The notes beneath the pieces are model-generated. The model was not told where the DNA came from. It worked only from the letters and a program-made list of their open reading frames with translations, and did not search any database. From Gammaproteobacteria bacterium (GTDB lineage: Bacteria > Pseudomonadota > Gammaproteobacteria > UBA4575), in the NCBI GenBank assembly GCA_965220875.1, contig OZ244849.1, positions 1,815,606 to 1,879,605 of the forward strand: DNA of 64,000 nt, written 5' to 3'. How positions within the stretch are numbered: the stretch's first letter is position 1; each line of letters starts with the position of its first letter. Below are positions 18,395 to 29,248 of this stretch, piece after piece. Position numbers and translations under genes: made by a program.

Positions 18395-19453
18395 ATGACA
18401 GATATCAGGAAACTTATAGCATCTAGAGTCAAAGATGCGTACGAAAAAGGTTGTGCACTAAAGATACATGCTGGCAACACGAAAGACTTCTATGGAAGGA
18501 ATATCAAGGGCCTTCCTCTGTCTCTATCAGAACATACTGGAATTGTTGAGTATGAGCCTTCCGAACTTTACATCACTGCTCGTAGCGGAACACCTTTGAA
18601 GGAAATCGAGCAAGTCATCGAAAAGGAAAACCAGATACTACCGTGTGAACCTCCCCATTTTGGTACTGCTGCAACCGTAGGAGGAATGGTTGCAGCAGGA
18701 CTGTCTGGTCCAAGACGGGTGAGTTCCGGTGCAATACGGGACTGTATTCTTGGAGTTGAGATTATCAATGGAAAAGGTGAGTACCTGCAATTTGGCGGGA
18801 AGGTAATGAAAAATGTTGCCGGTTACGATGTATCTCGTCTGATGTGTGGAGCCCTAGGCACTTTGGGAATACTGATGTCTGTCACACTGCGTCTGCTGCC
18901 GAAGCCAGTGTCAGAACAAACATTATTATTCCCATTGAACACTCCTGAGGCTATACAAAAGATGAATTCCTGGGCACGAACACCCATGCCGATAACTGGC
19001 ACTTTTCATGACGGCAAGAATCTGTATATCCGTCTAGCAGGCTCACGATCAACAATTGAGAAATGTGCTGAGATTATAGGAGGTGACTTGGTTGACCGGA
19101 GTTATACTTTCTGGACAGATATCAAAGAACAGGCCACTGATTTTTTCATGACAGATAAGCCAATTTGGAGAATCCAGGTCCCACCAAACACTACACCACT
19201 CAAAATTTCTGGAAGTTCTTCGTTAGAATGGAATGGAGCTTTGCGCTGGTATGTATCAGAGACAGAAGCTTCAGAAATCCGACGCATCACTGAACAGGCT
19301 GGAGGACATGCATGCCTCTTTAGAAGGCGATCTGAAACAGAGGACATCTTTCATCCATTGTCACCAAATCTGCTGGAAATTCACCGCAGACTCAAACGAG
19401 CATTTGATCCGAACAGCATACTGAACCCAGGCAAAATTTATCGTGAGTTCTAA
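18395..19453 (+). CDS. glcE: glycolate oxidase FAD-binding subunit
   Basis: 352 aa. FAD_binding_4-like (GNTKDFYG...NVAGYDVSRL). Positioned between glcD and glcF. Confidence 0.85.
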   Translation: MTDIRKLIASRVKDAYEKGCALKIHAGNTKDFYGRNIKGLPLSLSEHTGIVEYEPSELYITARSGTPLKEIEQVIEKENQILPCEPPHFGTAATVGGMVAAGLSGPRRVSSGAIRDCILGVEIINGKGEYLQFGGKVMKNVAGYDVSRLMCGALGTLGILMSVTLRLLPKPVSEQTLLFPLNTPEAIQKMNSWARTPMPITGTFHDGKNLYIRLAGSRSTIEKCAEIIGGDLVDRSYTFWTDIKEQATDFFMTDKPIWRIQVPPNTTPLKISGSSSLEWNGALRWYVSETEASEIRRITEQAGGHACLFRRRSETEDIFHPLSPNLLEIHRRLKRAFDPNSILNPGKIYREF

Positions 19454-19458
19454 ATTCA

Positions 19459-20655
19459 ATGAGAACGACATTACCTGCTGAACTTTTGCAAACAACGGAT
19501 GGGAAACAGCTCGATGAGATTCTTCGCAAATGTGTGCACTGTGGTTTTTGCAATGCTACCTGCCCAACTTACCAATTAACTGGTGATGAACTAGATGGAC
19601 CGCGGGGAAGAATTTATTTGATCAAAAATTATTTTGAAAGTTCATGCGAGAAAAATACCGCAAGGAAACATTTGGATAGATGTTTAACCTGCCTGTCCTG
19701 CGAAACTACCTGCCCGTCAAATGTCAGGTATGGTGACTTACTTGATATAGGCAGAAAGCATATCTGCGACAGCTCCGGGCGCCCAATTTTCAACAAGATC
19801 AAACGCTATACGATAGCCAGTGTTTTTTCAAAACCCCGCAGTAGTGCAGTAATTTTTGCCCTAGCACGATTTTTTAAACCATTACTACCTGAAAAGCTCG
19901 CAAAAAAAATCCCTCAAGACACTGGGGCGATTAAAACCAATGCAGTCGTAACAGGTTCACGAAAGATGCTGACTATCCGAGGGTGTGTTCAATTTTCAAC
20001 TGCACCACAGATCAATGCAGCTGCAGCACAGGTATTGGGAGACGCAGACATTCAACTTGACGAAACCGAAAGCGATTGCTGTGGGGCTCTTGCTTTTCAT
20101 CTAACAGAAATTGAAAGTGCACACAAGATAATCCGCAAAAACATTGACGATTGGTATCAGAAGCTAAAAAACGAGCATGAATTTTTGATCATGGCATCGA
20201 GCGGATGCAGCAGTTTTGTAAAGAAGTACGGCGCGATAATGCGGCCTGACCCTCAGTATGCACAGCGTGCGGAATTTATCGCCAAAAACTGTAGGGACTT
20301 ATCAGAGATATGCACTGATTTACACATAAAACCTGCCCTTCGCAAACGTGCTATAGCCTTTCACAACCCTTGCACCTTACAGCACGACCAGCAGATTACC
20401 GGCACAGTTGAAGCGACCATTCAAAAAGCAGGGTATACGTTTGTCCCAGTAAGTAACAGGCACCTGTGCTGTGGCTCAGCTGGCAGTTATTCTTTGTTAG
20501 AAACTAAATTGTCACATCAACTGCTTACAAACAAGATTCATGATCTTACAAAGGCTAAACCAGACATGATTGCCACTGCTAATATTGGCTGCCTTATGCA
20601 TCTCCAATCTGGAACAGATATACCCGTCAAACACTGGATAGAGTTGCTTGTGTAG
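19459..20655 (+). CDS. glcF: glycolate oxidase iron-sulfur subunit
   Basis: 398 aa. Two 4Fe-4S motifs (CVHCGFCNATCP, CLTCLSCETTCP) and CCG repeats (CCGALAF, CCGSAGSY). Confidence 0.9.
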   Translation: MRTTLPAELLQTTDGKQLDEILRKCVHCGFCNATCPTYQLTGDELDGPRGRIYLIKNYFESSCEKNTARKHLDRCLTCLSCETTCPSNVRYGDLLDIGRKHICDSSGRPIFNKIKRYTIASVFSKPRSSAVIFALARFFKPLLPEKLAKKIPQDTGAIKTNAVVTGSRKMLTIRGCVQFSTAPQINAAAAQVLGDADIQLDETESDCCGALAFHLTEIESAHKIIRKNIDDWYQKLKNEHEFLIMASSGCSSFVKKYGAIMRPDPQYAQRAEFIAKNCRDLSEICTDLHIKPALRKRAIAFHNPCTLQHDQQITGTVEATIQKAGYTFVPVSNRHLCCGSAGSYSLLETKLSHQLLTNKIHDLTKAKPDMIATANIGCLMHLQSGTDIPVKHWIELLV

Positions 20656-21051
20656 CGGAGTTCAGGATAAGGCGTTTTTCACGCCAGCTACCAGGGATTG
20701 AAATCAAGTGTCAATTGATTTTACCAAACTCAATCTTCACTAGCATAGGTGAACTGTACGTTTCCAGCATCGTTATATTTTTGGAGAAACCCGGGCTCCT
20801 GAGATAAGCGTTTCGTAAGACGGAATACCTATACTTAGGGCTTGAGAAATCGGTGCAAGGCTTTGCCAGTCAGCGAGTTTTAAAATTTTTCTGCTGCTGT
20901 GCCTTGGCCAAGTTGTGTTACCCAAATGCCTCTAAAGTCCACAAAACTTGTTCAAGTTTGTACTTTGTTCAGCTCAACTTATTCTATTTGCTAGTTGACT
21001 CTTCGCTATCTTGCACCGATAACGATGACAGAAAGCTTAAGCAGAAATTGG

Positions 21052-21345
21052 TCAGTGATCATCAGGCTTCCAAATTCCAAATGCCTCCCCTTGCGGGCGC
21101 ATTGTATTCTCTCTTTGCCGAATTACATCTTCATAGACGTATTTCGTGAAAGCAACTAGCTCATTCATAACTTCATTTTTTTCTCCTGAAGGGAGATTAT
21201 GATTGCCCACGATAAAACCCAATATTGCTGCCAAGTATTGGCCTGCCATCAGAGGATTCACAGCGCGTTCATCAGCATCTACAAGTACCCCTTGAATGTT
21301 TTCTATTAGCTCCCTTGAAAGTTTTAGTTGGTCCATATCTGACAT
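21052..21345 (-). CDS. hypothetical 97-aa protein, probably co-transcribed with rarA
   Basis: The ORF starts 13 nt after the rarA stop on the same strand. I recognise no family. Confidence 0.45.
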   Translation of the reverse strand: MSDMDQLKLSRELIENIQGVLVDADERAVNPLMAGQYLAAILGFIVGNHNLPSGEKNEVMNELVAFTKYVYEDVIRQRENTMRPQGEAFGIWKPDDH

Positions 21346-21358
21346 CCCTCATTTATAC

Positions 21359-22708
21359 TCAGCTTTGATTTTGGGTTTTCTTGCGAAGATTATCCATATG
21401 AGCCTTGATTTTAATCTCCAAGCCACGCTCTACAGGATCATAGTAGTGCGCCCCCTTCAGCGTTTCAGGGAAATAGCATTCATCACAGGCAAATGCGTCC
21501 GGCTCATGATGAGCGTAACGGTATCCCTTACCATAACCAAGGTCTTTCATTAATTTCGTAGGTGCATTTCGCAAATGCATCGGTACTTCCAAGCTCCCAT
21601 GGGTTTTTGCATCGCCCATAGCCAAATTATATGCACGATATACGGCGTTGCTTTTCGGTGTACAAGCCAGATAAACGATTGCTTGTGCTATAGCCAACTC
21701 GCCTTCAGGCGAGCCTAAGCGTTCATAGGTGTCCCACGCATTTATCGCAACTTGCAGGCCTCTGGGGTCTGCGTTTCCAATATCCTCAGCAGCTATGCGC
21801 AGCACGCGACGGGCTATGTACAGCGGGTCACATCCTCCATCAATCATCCGGCAAAACCAGTATAGTGATGCGTCCGGGTCAGACCCTCGTACTGATTTAT
21901 GCAAGGCAGAAATCTGATCAAAAAAATGTTCACCTCGTTTATCGAAGTATCTAGTCCCCTGCAAGGTGACTTCCTTGGCTATCTCTCGATCAATGGTATT
22001 TCTCCCTGTGTTCTCACCCAGCCAATCTGCCGCGATTTCTAAAAAATTCAGTGCCCTACGAGTATCCCCATCAGCGGCTGATGCAAGTATTTGCCTGGCT
22101 TCGTCTTCAATCTCCAAGCATTTCTTGCCAAAGCCAAACTTTTCATCGCTCAATGCCCGATCAATACATCGTGAAACTTCCTCTTCGGTAAGCCGTTTCA
22201 ATACATAAATACGCGCACGTGATAGTAGCGCATTGTTTAATTCGAATGAGGGATTTTCTGTGGTAGCTCCAATAAAATAGATTGTTCCATCTTCAATGTG
22301 GGGCAAAAATGCATCCTGTTGAGCCTTGTTAAACCTATGAACCTCATCGACAAACAACACTGTTGATGAGGAATTGTGCTGACTATGATACTTAGCCTGC
22401 TCTATTGCCTTTCGGATTTCCCCAACTCCTGCCAACACGGCTGAAATTGAAATAAACTGGGCTTGAGAATTGTCCGAAATTATGCGCGCTAATGTCGTCT
22501 TCCCCGTACCAGGTGGCCCCCAGAAGACCATGGAATGCAAAGCGCCTTGCTCAATAGCCTGCCGAAGAGGCTTACCGCGCGCTAATATGTGCGTCTGACC
22601 GACAAAATTCTCCAGAGTGGCAGGCCGCATACGGTCTGCAAGTGGGCGATAGGTGTCCTCGCTTTCAAACAAATCTGACGATGGATTAACATGTAGCCTT
22701 GAAGCCAT
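21359..22708 (-). CDS. rarA: replication-associated recombination protein A (AAA+)
   Basis: 449 aa. Walker A GPPGTGKTTLA, Walker B VLFVDEVHRFNKAQQD, and the MgsA C-terminal domain. Confidence 0.92.
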   Translation of the reverse strand: MASRLHVNPSSDLFESEDTYRPLADRMRPATLENFVGQTHILARGKPLRQAIEQGALHSMVFWGPPGTGKTTLARIISDNSQAQFISISAVLAGVGEIRKAIEQAKYHSQHNSSSTVLFVDEVHRFNKAQQDAFLPHIEDGTIYFIGATTENPSFELNNALLSRARIYVLKRLTEEEVSRCIDRALSDEKFGFGKKCLEIEDEARQILASAADGDTRRALNFLEIAADWLGENTGRNTIDREIAKEVTLQGTRYFDKRGEHFFDQISALHKSVRGSDPDASLYWFCRMIDGGCDPLYIARRVLRIAAEDIGNADPRGLQVAINAWDTYERLGSPEGELAIAQAIVYLACTPKSNAVYRAYNLAMGDAKTHGSLEVPMHLRNAPTKLMKDLGYGKGYRYAHHEPDAFACDECYFPETLKGAHYYDPVERGLEIKIKAHMDNLRKKTQNQS

Positions 22709-22813
22709 TGGGTTGTCCGTGTTTTACGAGTTTAATTTTGAATGCAGGTTTATTGAATGGAATGAGCAGAACATTGCAGCGTGGCCTGATTCTTCTAATT
22801 GAAACCCATGAGA

Positions 22814-23464
22814 TTATTCGGAGTAGCCGACAACATCTACACCACTGGGAGCCTTAAAGTCAAAATACCCCTCGGGGAACCTTACATTAACGACCATGTG
22901 CGTAAATTCAATGGCGGTTTTCTGTGAAAAATTGTCATATAGTTCCATACTTCGAATACCGAGTTCATCAAAACCTATCCGCACTCGATTAAATTCAGTA
23001 TCTTGGATAAGCGGAATCAGTTCCAACTGACTGAATTCCTGTTTGTCAGACATTACCAAAATTTTAAAATCCTCATGTAGTCCACGAGGATTTGTAAGCA
23101 GCATGATGGGTACACTGCCTAGTGCTTGAGTAATTGGCCTGGCATATGCTTGTGCTAACTCTGGGTCATACACCCAAAAAAACTCTCCATCTGCAAGAAT
23201 CAGCTGTCCGTGTGGCTGCTCATACTGCCAACGGAATTCACCAGGCCTGTTCAGGGCTATGGTTCCCTTCGATTCCTGTACCAGCCTATTGTTTTCATCC
23301 CAAACAGTTTGTGAAAAATTTGCCTGAAACGAATCAATTTCTGTGAGAAATTTGTTAAGACGGTTAATCGCTTCACTACCAATGCAGGTGGCGGAAAAAA
23401 AGAGAAGAACGCAGCTTAAGATAATCTTGCAAGATTTCACAGGCGTCTCTTGATGACAAGCCAT
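22814..23464 (-). CDS. lolA: outer-membrane lipoprotein carrier LolA
   Basis: 216 aa with a signal peptide. F.A.F.Q.........ESKG......PG.FRW.Y..P. Sits in the ftsK-lolA-rarA synteny. Confidence 0.85.
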   Translation of the reverse strand: MACHQETPVKSCKIILSCVLLFFSATCIGSEAINRLNKFLTEIDSFQANFSQTVWDENNRLVQESKGTIALNRPGEFRWQYEQPHGQLILADGEFFWVYDPELAQAYARPITQALGSVPIMLLTNPRGLHEDFKILVMSDKQEFSQLELIPLIQDTEFNRVRIGFDELGIRSMELYDNFSQKTAIEFTHMVVNVRFPEGYFDFKAPSGVDVVGYSE

Positions 23465-23532
23465 GTGACAAATAAACTTTTGTCAATTTGCATCACAGTA
23501 TTGCAATTCCTGATATCAATTCGTGCACTTGG

Positions 23533-25833
23533 TTAAGGAGGAGGACTAATCACTTCACGACTGCCATTCGCCAACACCGCGCTGACAATGCCACTATTTT
23601 CCATTTCTTCAATAAGACGCGCAGCACGGTTGTATCCTATCTTCAGCCTCCTTTGTAAATAGGAGATAGAAGCCTTTCTAGACTCGACAACGATTGCGAT
23701 GGCATCATCATAAAGTGGATCAAGCTCGTCTTCTCTACTATCAAGTGGCTCCAGCCCTGGAATCGTGCCCTTACCTCCTTCAGGATCCTGAGTTACCTCG
23801 TCCAAATAGGCAGGGCTCCCCTTTTGTTTCAGAAAGGCTACGACCTTATGCACATCCTCATCTGAAACAAACGCGCCATGAATACGTTCTGGCAAAGAGA
23901 TTCCTGGTGGCAGGTAGAGCATATCACCATGTCCCAACAGCTGTTCTGCTCCAGACTGATCCAGGATAGTACGTGAATCAATTTTGGATGAAACTTGGAA
24001 TGCGATTCTTGAAGGTATGTTCGCCTTGATCAGCCCTGTGATTACATCAACCGAAGGTCTTTGGGTCGCCAACACAAGATGGATCCCTGCAGCCCTCGCT
24101 TTTTGCGCAATTCTAGCAATGAGCTCTTCAACTTTCTTGCCAACCACCATCATCATATCAGCAAGCTCGTCGACAATAATTACTATACTGGGCAACAGCT
24201 TAAGCTCTGCATTCACAGCGCCACCCGACTCATTATCCAACTGTTGGCTCGCCAAAGGATCCAGCATAGGTTCCCCTCGATCGATAGCTTGCTTCACTTT
24301 TGTATTAAAGCCATTGATACTGCGCACACCCAGTACAGACATCAGGTTGTAACGACGCTCCATTTCAGCCACACACCACCGTAAAGCATTGGATGCTTCA
24401 CGCAAATCAGTCACTACCGGAGCAAGCAAATGTGGAATTCCATCATATACTGCGAACTCAAGAATCTTAGGGTCTATTAAAATGAGACGCACCTGCTGCG
24501 GTGTCGCCTTGTATAAAATACTTAACAGCATTGCATTCAATGCAACAGATTTTCCTGAACCGGTAGTTCCAGCCACCAGTAAATGTGGCATTTTTACCAA
24601 ATCTACCACTACAGGATGACCACTGATATCCTTACCTAGCCCAAGGGTGAGGGGCGACGTGGAAGCGTCATAAACTTCGGACTGGAGTATGTCACTCAGA
24701 ATTACAAGCTCCCTGTGTTCATTTGGAATCTCGAGTCCTACATGTGACTTTCCAGGAATAACTTCAACAATACGGACACTGACTACTGAAAGTGCACGTG
24801 CTAAATCCTTGGCCAAATTAGAAACCTTGCTTACTTTGATGCCTGCTGCAAGTTGCAATTCAAAACGAGTAACTACTGGTCCAGGATGGACCTCTACTAC
24901 TTCAGCATCCACCCCAAAATCCAACAGCTTCACCTCCAGCTGACGTGACATTGCTTCTAGAACATCACTTGAGTATCCCCCTGATCTTTCCACTCCACTG
25001 TCCAGCATAGATGTAGGAGGCAAACCTGTCTCAATAGTCTCGAACAGTAAAATTTGACGTTCTTGTTCGACACGCTTACTTGTCTCGATTGCTTCAACGA
25101 TAGGCTCAACCCGCGGAGTCGATTTCCCAATCTTGGTATTTTTCTCCCTAACCTTCTTTTTTCGCACAGATTTTACCCGCATGCTAAAGCGCTTCTCTTT
25201 TGGCAAACTCACTAGCTTCCATAACCAAGCACTCAATAACAGGATGTACTTTCCAGTAATATCAACGAGCCATAGCCACGTAAAATGGGAAAAGACGGTA
25301 ATACCAGCAAAGAACAGTGCCAACAGCAGCAATGTTGCACCTACAAAGCTAAAGACAGAGAGAAAGCTGCTGCCAACTAGGCTACCCAGGATGCCACCCG
25401 CCGTAGCTTGCAGAGAACCAGAATGGAAGTGTAGCGTTGATATTCCGCATCCAGCAGCCAGGGTGATCAGAAACCCGGCCCATCTCAGGCCAATTGTCCG
25501 GTAACTCAACGTGCTAGACCCGCCACTGTATAGTAGCCAGCCACTGTAAATCACCATGAGTGGGGCCAAATAGGCTAAATAACCAAATAAAAAGAAAAAG
25601 AGATCAGCAAACCAGGCTCCAGCCTTACCGCCCAGATTACTTACATCCTGACCGTTGTCTGCTTGAAACCAACTGGGGTCTGCACGTTCATACGTGAAAA
25701 GCGCAAGCATCAAATATGCCCCTAACGCGGTCAGTATCAGCAATACACTTTCGCGCAGCCCTCTAGGCAGTACAAGCTGTGAATCTGATCTTGCCTGTTT
25801 TTTCAAAACAGTTTCTCCATTTACCAGTATCAA
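23533..25833 (-). CDS. ftsK: DNA translocase FtsK
   Basis: 766 aa. N-terminal TM helices, Walker A AGTTGSGKSVALN, IVIIVDELADMM, and a gamma winged-helix domain (SISYLQRRLKIGYNRAARLIEEME). TTG start, so the exact start is uncertain. Confidence 0.92.
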   Translation of the reverse strand: MILVNGETVLKKQARSDSQLVLPRGLRESVLLILTALGAYLMLALFTYERADPSWFQADNGQDVSNLGGKAGAWFADLFFFLFGYLAYLAPLMVIYSGWLLYSGGSSTLSYRTIGLRWAGFLITLAAGCGISTLHFHSGSLQATAGGILGSLVGSSFLSVFSFVGATLLLLALFFAGITVFSHFTWLWLVDITGKYILLLSAWLWKLVSLPKEKRFSMRVKSVRKKKVREKNTKIGKSTPRVEPIVEAIETSKRVEQERQILLFETIETGLPPTSMLDSGVERSGGYSSDVLEAMSRQLEVKLLDFGVDAEVVEVHPGPVVTRFELQLAAGIKVSKVSNLAKDLARALSVVSVRIVEVIPGKSHVGLEIPNEHRELVILSDILQSEVYDASTSPLTLGLGKDISGHPVVVDLVKMPHLLVAGTTGSGKSVALNAMLLSILYKATPQQVRLILIDPKILEFAVYDGIPHLLAPVVTDLREASNALRWCVAEMERRYNLMSVLGVRSINGFNTKVKQAIDRGEPMLDPLASQQLDNESGGAVNAELKLLPSIVIIVDELADMMMVVGKKVEELIARIAQKARAAGIHLVLATQRPSVDVITGLIKANIPSRIAFQVSSKIDSRTILDQSGAEQLLGHGDMLYLPPGISLPERIHGAFVSDEDVHKVVAFLKQKGSPAYLDEVTQDPEGGKGTIPGLEPLDSREDELDPLYDDAIAIVVESRKASISYLQRRLKIGYNRAARLIEEMENSGIVSAVLANGSREVISPPP

Positions 25834-25865
25834 TACTTAAAAATATTATTTAAATATTTGAATAA

Positions 25866-25908
25866 TAAAACGATTACACCGCATGCCCGCTTTTTTAAAA
25901 TCGTTTTA
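25866..25908. promoter_or_regulatory. 10-bp inverted repeat in the ftsK/trxB intergenic region
   Basis: taaaacgatt (25866-25875), 23 nt, aatcgtttta (25899-25908). Confidence 0.3.
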
Positions 25909-25928
25909 AAACTCCAGATCAGGTTTAT

Positions 25929-25963
25929 ATTGTACAGCAATAGGTGATTTTCCCATGTACAAT
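25929..25963. promoter_or_regulatory. 8-bp inverted repeat ATTGTACA-N19-TGTACAAT in the ftsK/trxB intergenic region
   Basis: Read directly: 25929-25936 and 25956-25963. Confidence 0.3.
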
Positions 25964-26025
25964 CTGGCACCATCTTCCTAGGCAAGTTTTACTGTCCAAC
26001 AGATTCAGTATAGTAAAATAGCTGA

Positions 26026-27036
<1,011 letters not shown>

Positions 27037-27087
27037 CTGCGAGCTTGTCCACCATCTTGTTGGCTAGAACCCATCACCAGTCGAACA

Positions 27088-28257
27088 TTGAGTCTGTATA
27101 ACTTCAGCTTTATCAGCTCACTCGATGCAGTCAATCATAACGATTGGAATAACCTGCTTCCAGATAAAAACCCTTTTCTTCGACACGAGTTTCTCGTTGC
27201 ACTAGAACGTAATGATTGTGTAGGGGAAAAATTTGGCTGGTATCCACATCACTTGATTGTGCATGATGAAAGTAAGCGGATCATAGCTGCCAGTCCTATA
27301 TACATAAAAACCAACTCTTATGGAGAATTCGTGTTTGACTGGTCTTGGGCATCAGCATACGAAAACTCAGCACTGAATTACTATCCTAAGCTTGTTACTG
27401 CAGTGCCTTACACACCTGTGACAGGGGCCCGCCTACTGATTGTGCCGAAATTCAGTACTGAGCAAAAAAACTGCGTAGCAGCAGCAATGACCAGTGCCAT
27501 TGTCGAGGAAGCGAAAAGACTGGAAATGTCCAGCATGCATTGGCTATTTTTTCCTGAGCATGAGTGTGAACTTTATTTGCAAAGCAACCTTATTATGCGG
27601 CTCGGATGCCAATACCACTGGCGCAATCAAAATTACGAATGTTTTGATCATTTTTTGGAAAGACTGATTTCCCGAAAAAGAAAAAAGATAAGACGTGAAC
27701 GGCAAATCATCCAAGAACAAAACATCCACATTCGGCGTCTGCATGGCTCGGAAATGGATACTTCACTATGGCAACAGGTACACTCATTCTATGTTGATAC
27801 TTTCTACCGCAAACGTAGCCCGCCTACTTTAAGCCTTGAATTCTTTTTAGAGCTAGGGGCTACACTTGGCTCAAGTATCCTGCTCATCCTCGCCTACAGT
27901 GACAACCAGCTCATAGCCTGTGCAATAAACTTCAAAAGTGACAATACGCTTTACGGAAGATACTGGGGAAGTCTAAAAAAGTATAACAGCCTGCATTACG
28001 AGGTATGTTATTACCAAGGAATTGAATACGCAATTGAGCATCGACTGAGCACATTTGAGCCAGGCGCCCAGGGAGAGTACAAGATCAGCCGGGGATTTTT
28101 GCCAACAAAGACCTGGTCTGCACACTGGATTGCAGATTTGCGTTTCAGAAACGCCATCCAGGATTACTGCAAGCGCGAAACACAACTCATGCAACAAGAG
28201 TGTAAACAACTCATGTCATTATCACCTTATCGCCACAGTCGAGAAATAAAACCATAA
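27088..28257 (+). CDS. DUF482 / FemAB-like GNAT-fold N-acyltransferase family protein
   Basis: 389 aa. N-terminal W..L......PFL.HEFL.ALE..G and YGRYWG are typical of the DUF482 family. TTG start. Confidence 0.7.
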   Translation: MSLYNFSFISSLDAVNHNDWNNLLPDKNPFLRHEFLVALERNDCVGEKFGWYPHHLIVHDESKRIIAASPIYIKTNSYGEFVFDWSWASAYENSALNYYPKLVTAVPYTPVTGARLLIVPKFSTEQKNCVAAAMTSAIVEEAKRLEMSSMHWLFFPEHECELYLQSNLIMRLGCQYHWRNQNYECFDHFLERLISRKRKKIRRERQIIQEQNIHIRRLHGSEMDTSLWQQVHSFYVDTFYRKRSPPTLSLEFFLELGATLGSSILLILAYSDNQLIACAINFKSDNTLYGRYWGSLKKYNSLHYEVCYYQGIEYAIEHRLSTFEPGAQGEYKISRGFLPTKTWSAHWIADLRFRNAIQDYCKRETQLMQQECKQLMSLSPYRHSREIKP

Positions 28258-28262
28258 AAGAA

Positions 28263-28991
28263 ATGGACGTTTACTGGTTAGACCCTTCAAAAAGTAATGC
28301 ACCATTTCCAGACGTGGAAAATGCATTGTTAAACCCTGAAGGTTTGCTGGCGGCAGGAGGTGACCTAAGTGTAACAAGACTATTGAATGCTTACCGAAAA
28401 GGGATTTTCCCATGGTACGAGAACGGTCAGCCTATCTTATGGTGGTCTCCCAATCCCAGATGCGTGCTTTTCACGAAAAAATTCAAAATCTCTACAAGCC
28501 TTAGAAAAACCTTGCGCAGACATAAATGGACAGTCACTTTTGATGGCGATTTCAAAAAAACTGTTGCTGCATGCGCAGCACCACGCAGTTATGCACGAGG
28601 CACCTGGGTTACAGATGAAATGACAAAGGCATATACATCTTTGCATCGACATGACTGTGCCCACTCAGTAGAACTTTGGGACTTTCAAGAACGTATAATT
28701 GGTGGTGTTTATGGTGTGCTGATAGGAAAGATGTTTTTCGGTGAATCCATGTTCAGTTTTCAAGCAAATGCATCTAAGGTTGCACTTGCTTATATGGTAA
28801 GCCATCTTCATCAATGGGGATTCCCTCTGGTAGACTGCCAGCTGCCTTCAGCGCATTTGTCTAGTCTCGGGGCACAAACAATACCCAGATCCCACTATAT
28901 AAAAATCATGACTGAGCTATGCGATATGGAACAAAATAATTTCAAATGGAAGTTAGACAAAAACTTAGATGTAGCAAACTGGAACCCGTGA
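28263..28991 (+). CDS. aat: leucyl/phenylalanyl-tRNA--protein transferase
   Basis: 242 aa. GLLAAGGDLSVTRLLNAYRKGIFPW, ILWWSPNPR, and FGESMFS. Confidence 0.9.
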   Translation: MDVYWLDPSKSNAPFPDVENALLNPEGLLAAGGDLSVTRLLNAYRKGIFPWYENGQPILWWSPNPRCVLFTKKFKISTSLRKTLRRHKWTVTFDGDFKKTVAACAAPRSYARGTWVTDEMTKAYTSLHRHDCAHSVELWDFQERIIGGVYGVLIGKMFFGESMFSFQANASKVALAYMVSHLHQWGFPLVDCQLPSAHLSSLGAQTIPRSHYIKIMTELCDMEQNNFKWKLDKNLDVANWNP

Positions 28992-29248
28992 CAACATATA
29001 GACTATCTTTGCACATGCTCCCGACATCACAGGTAGAGCCTCAAATCAGTTTTCTTCAAGGACAGCTGACTCACCTGTTTTCATACCTCGGGCTATCCGG
29101 TTCATTCCAATACATGGAAATCCATACGAGCGGCCTGAAAGATCAACATCACTCATGCCAGTGTACACGGGTGATGGAGCTGAACCGGAAAATTGCTAAC
29201 TAAGAGGCAACGTGAGATTGTGACCCGGTCACGCCGGCAGTTTTGTGC

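Noticed and set aside
20773-20925. Minus-strand 50-codon frame reading ..KILKLADWQSLAPISQALSIGIPSYETLISGARVSPKI, faintly like a Cro/YdaS-type HTH.
   Set aside because: It has only a TTG start and no SD, is truncated relative to real HTH proteins, and the similarity is impressionistic. At most it is a relic.
20853-21149. 98-aa plus-strand ORF. Similar doubtful ORFs lie at 28946-29203 and 30179-30379.
   Set aside because: They overlap real genes or sit in spacers, have implausible composition, and lack ribosome-binding sites.
23694-25504. Chain of 76-123-aa plus-strand ORFs inside ftsK.
   Set aside because: These are antisense shadow ORFs of a strongly supported 766-aa gene with unrealistic composition.
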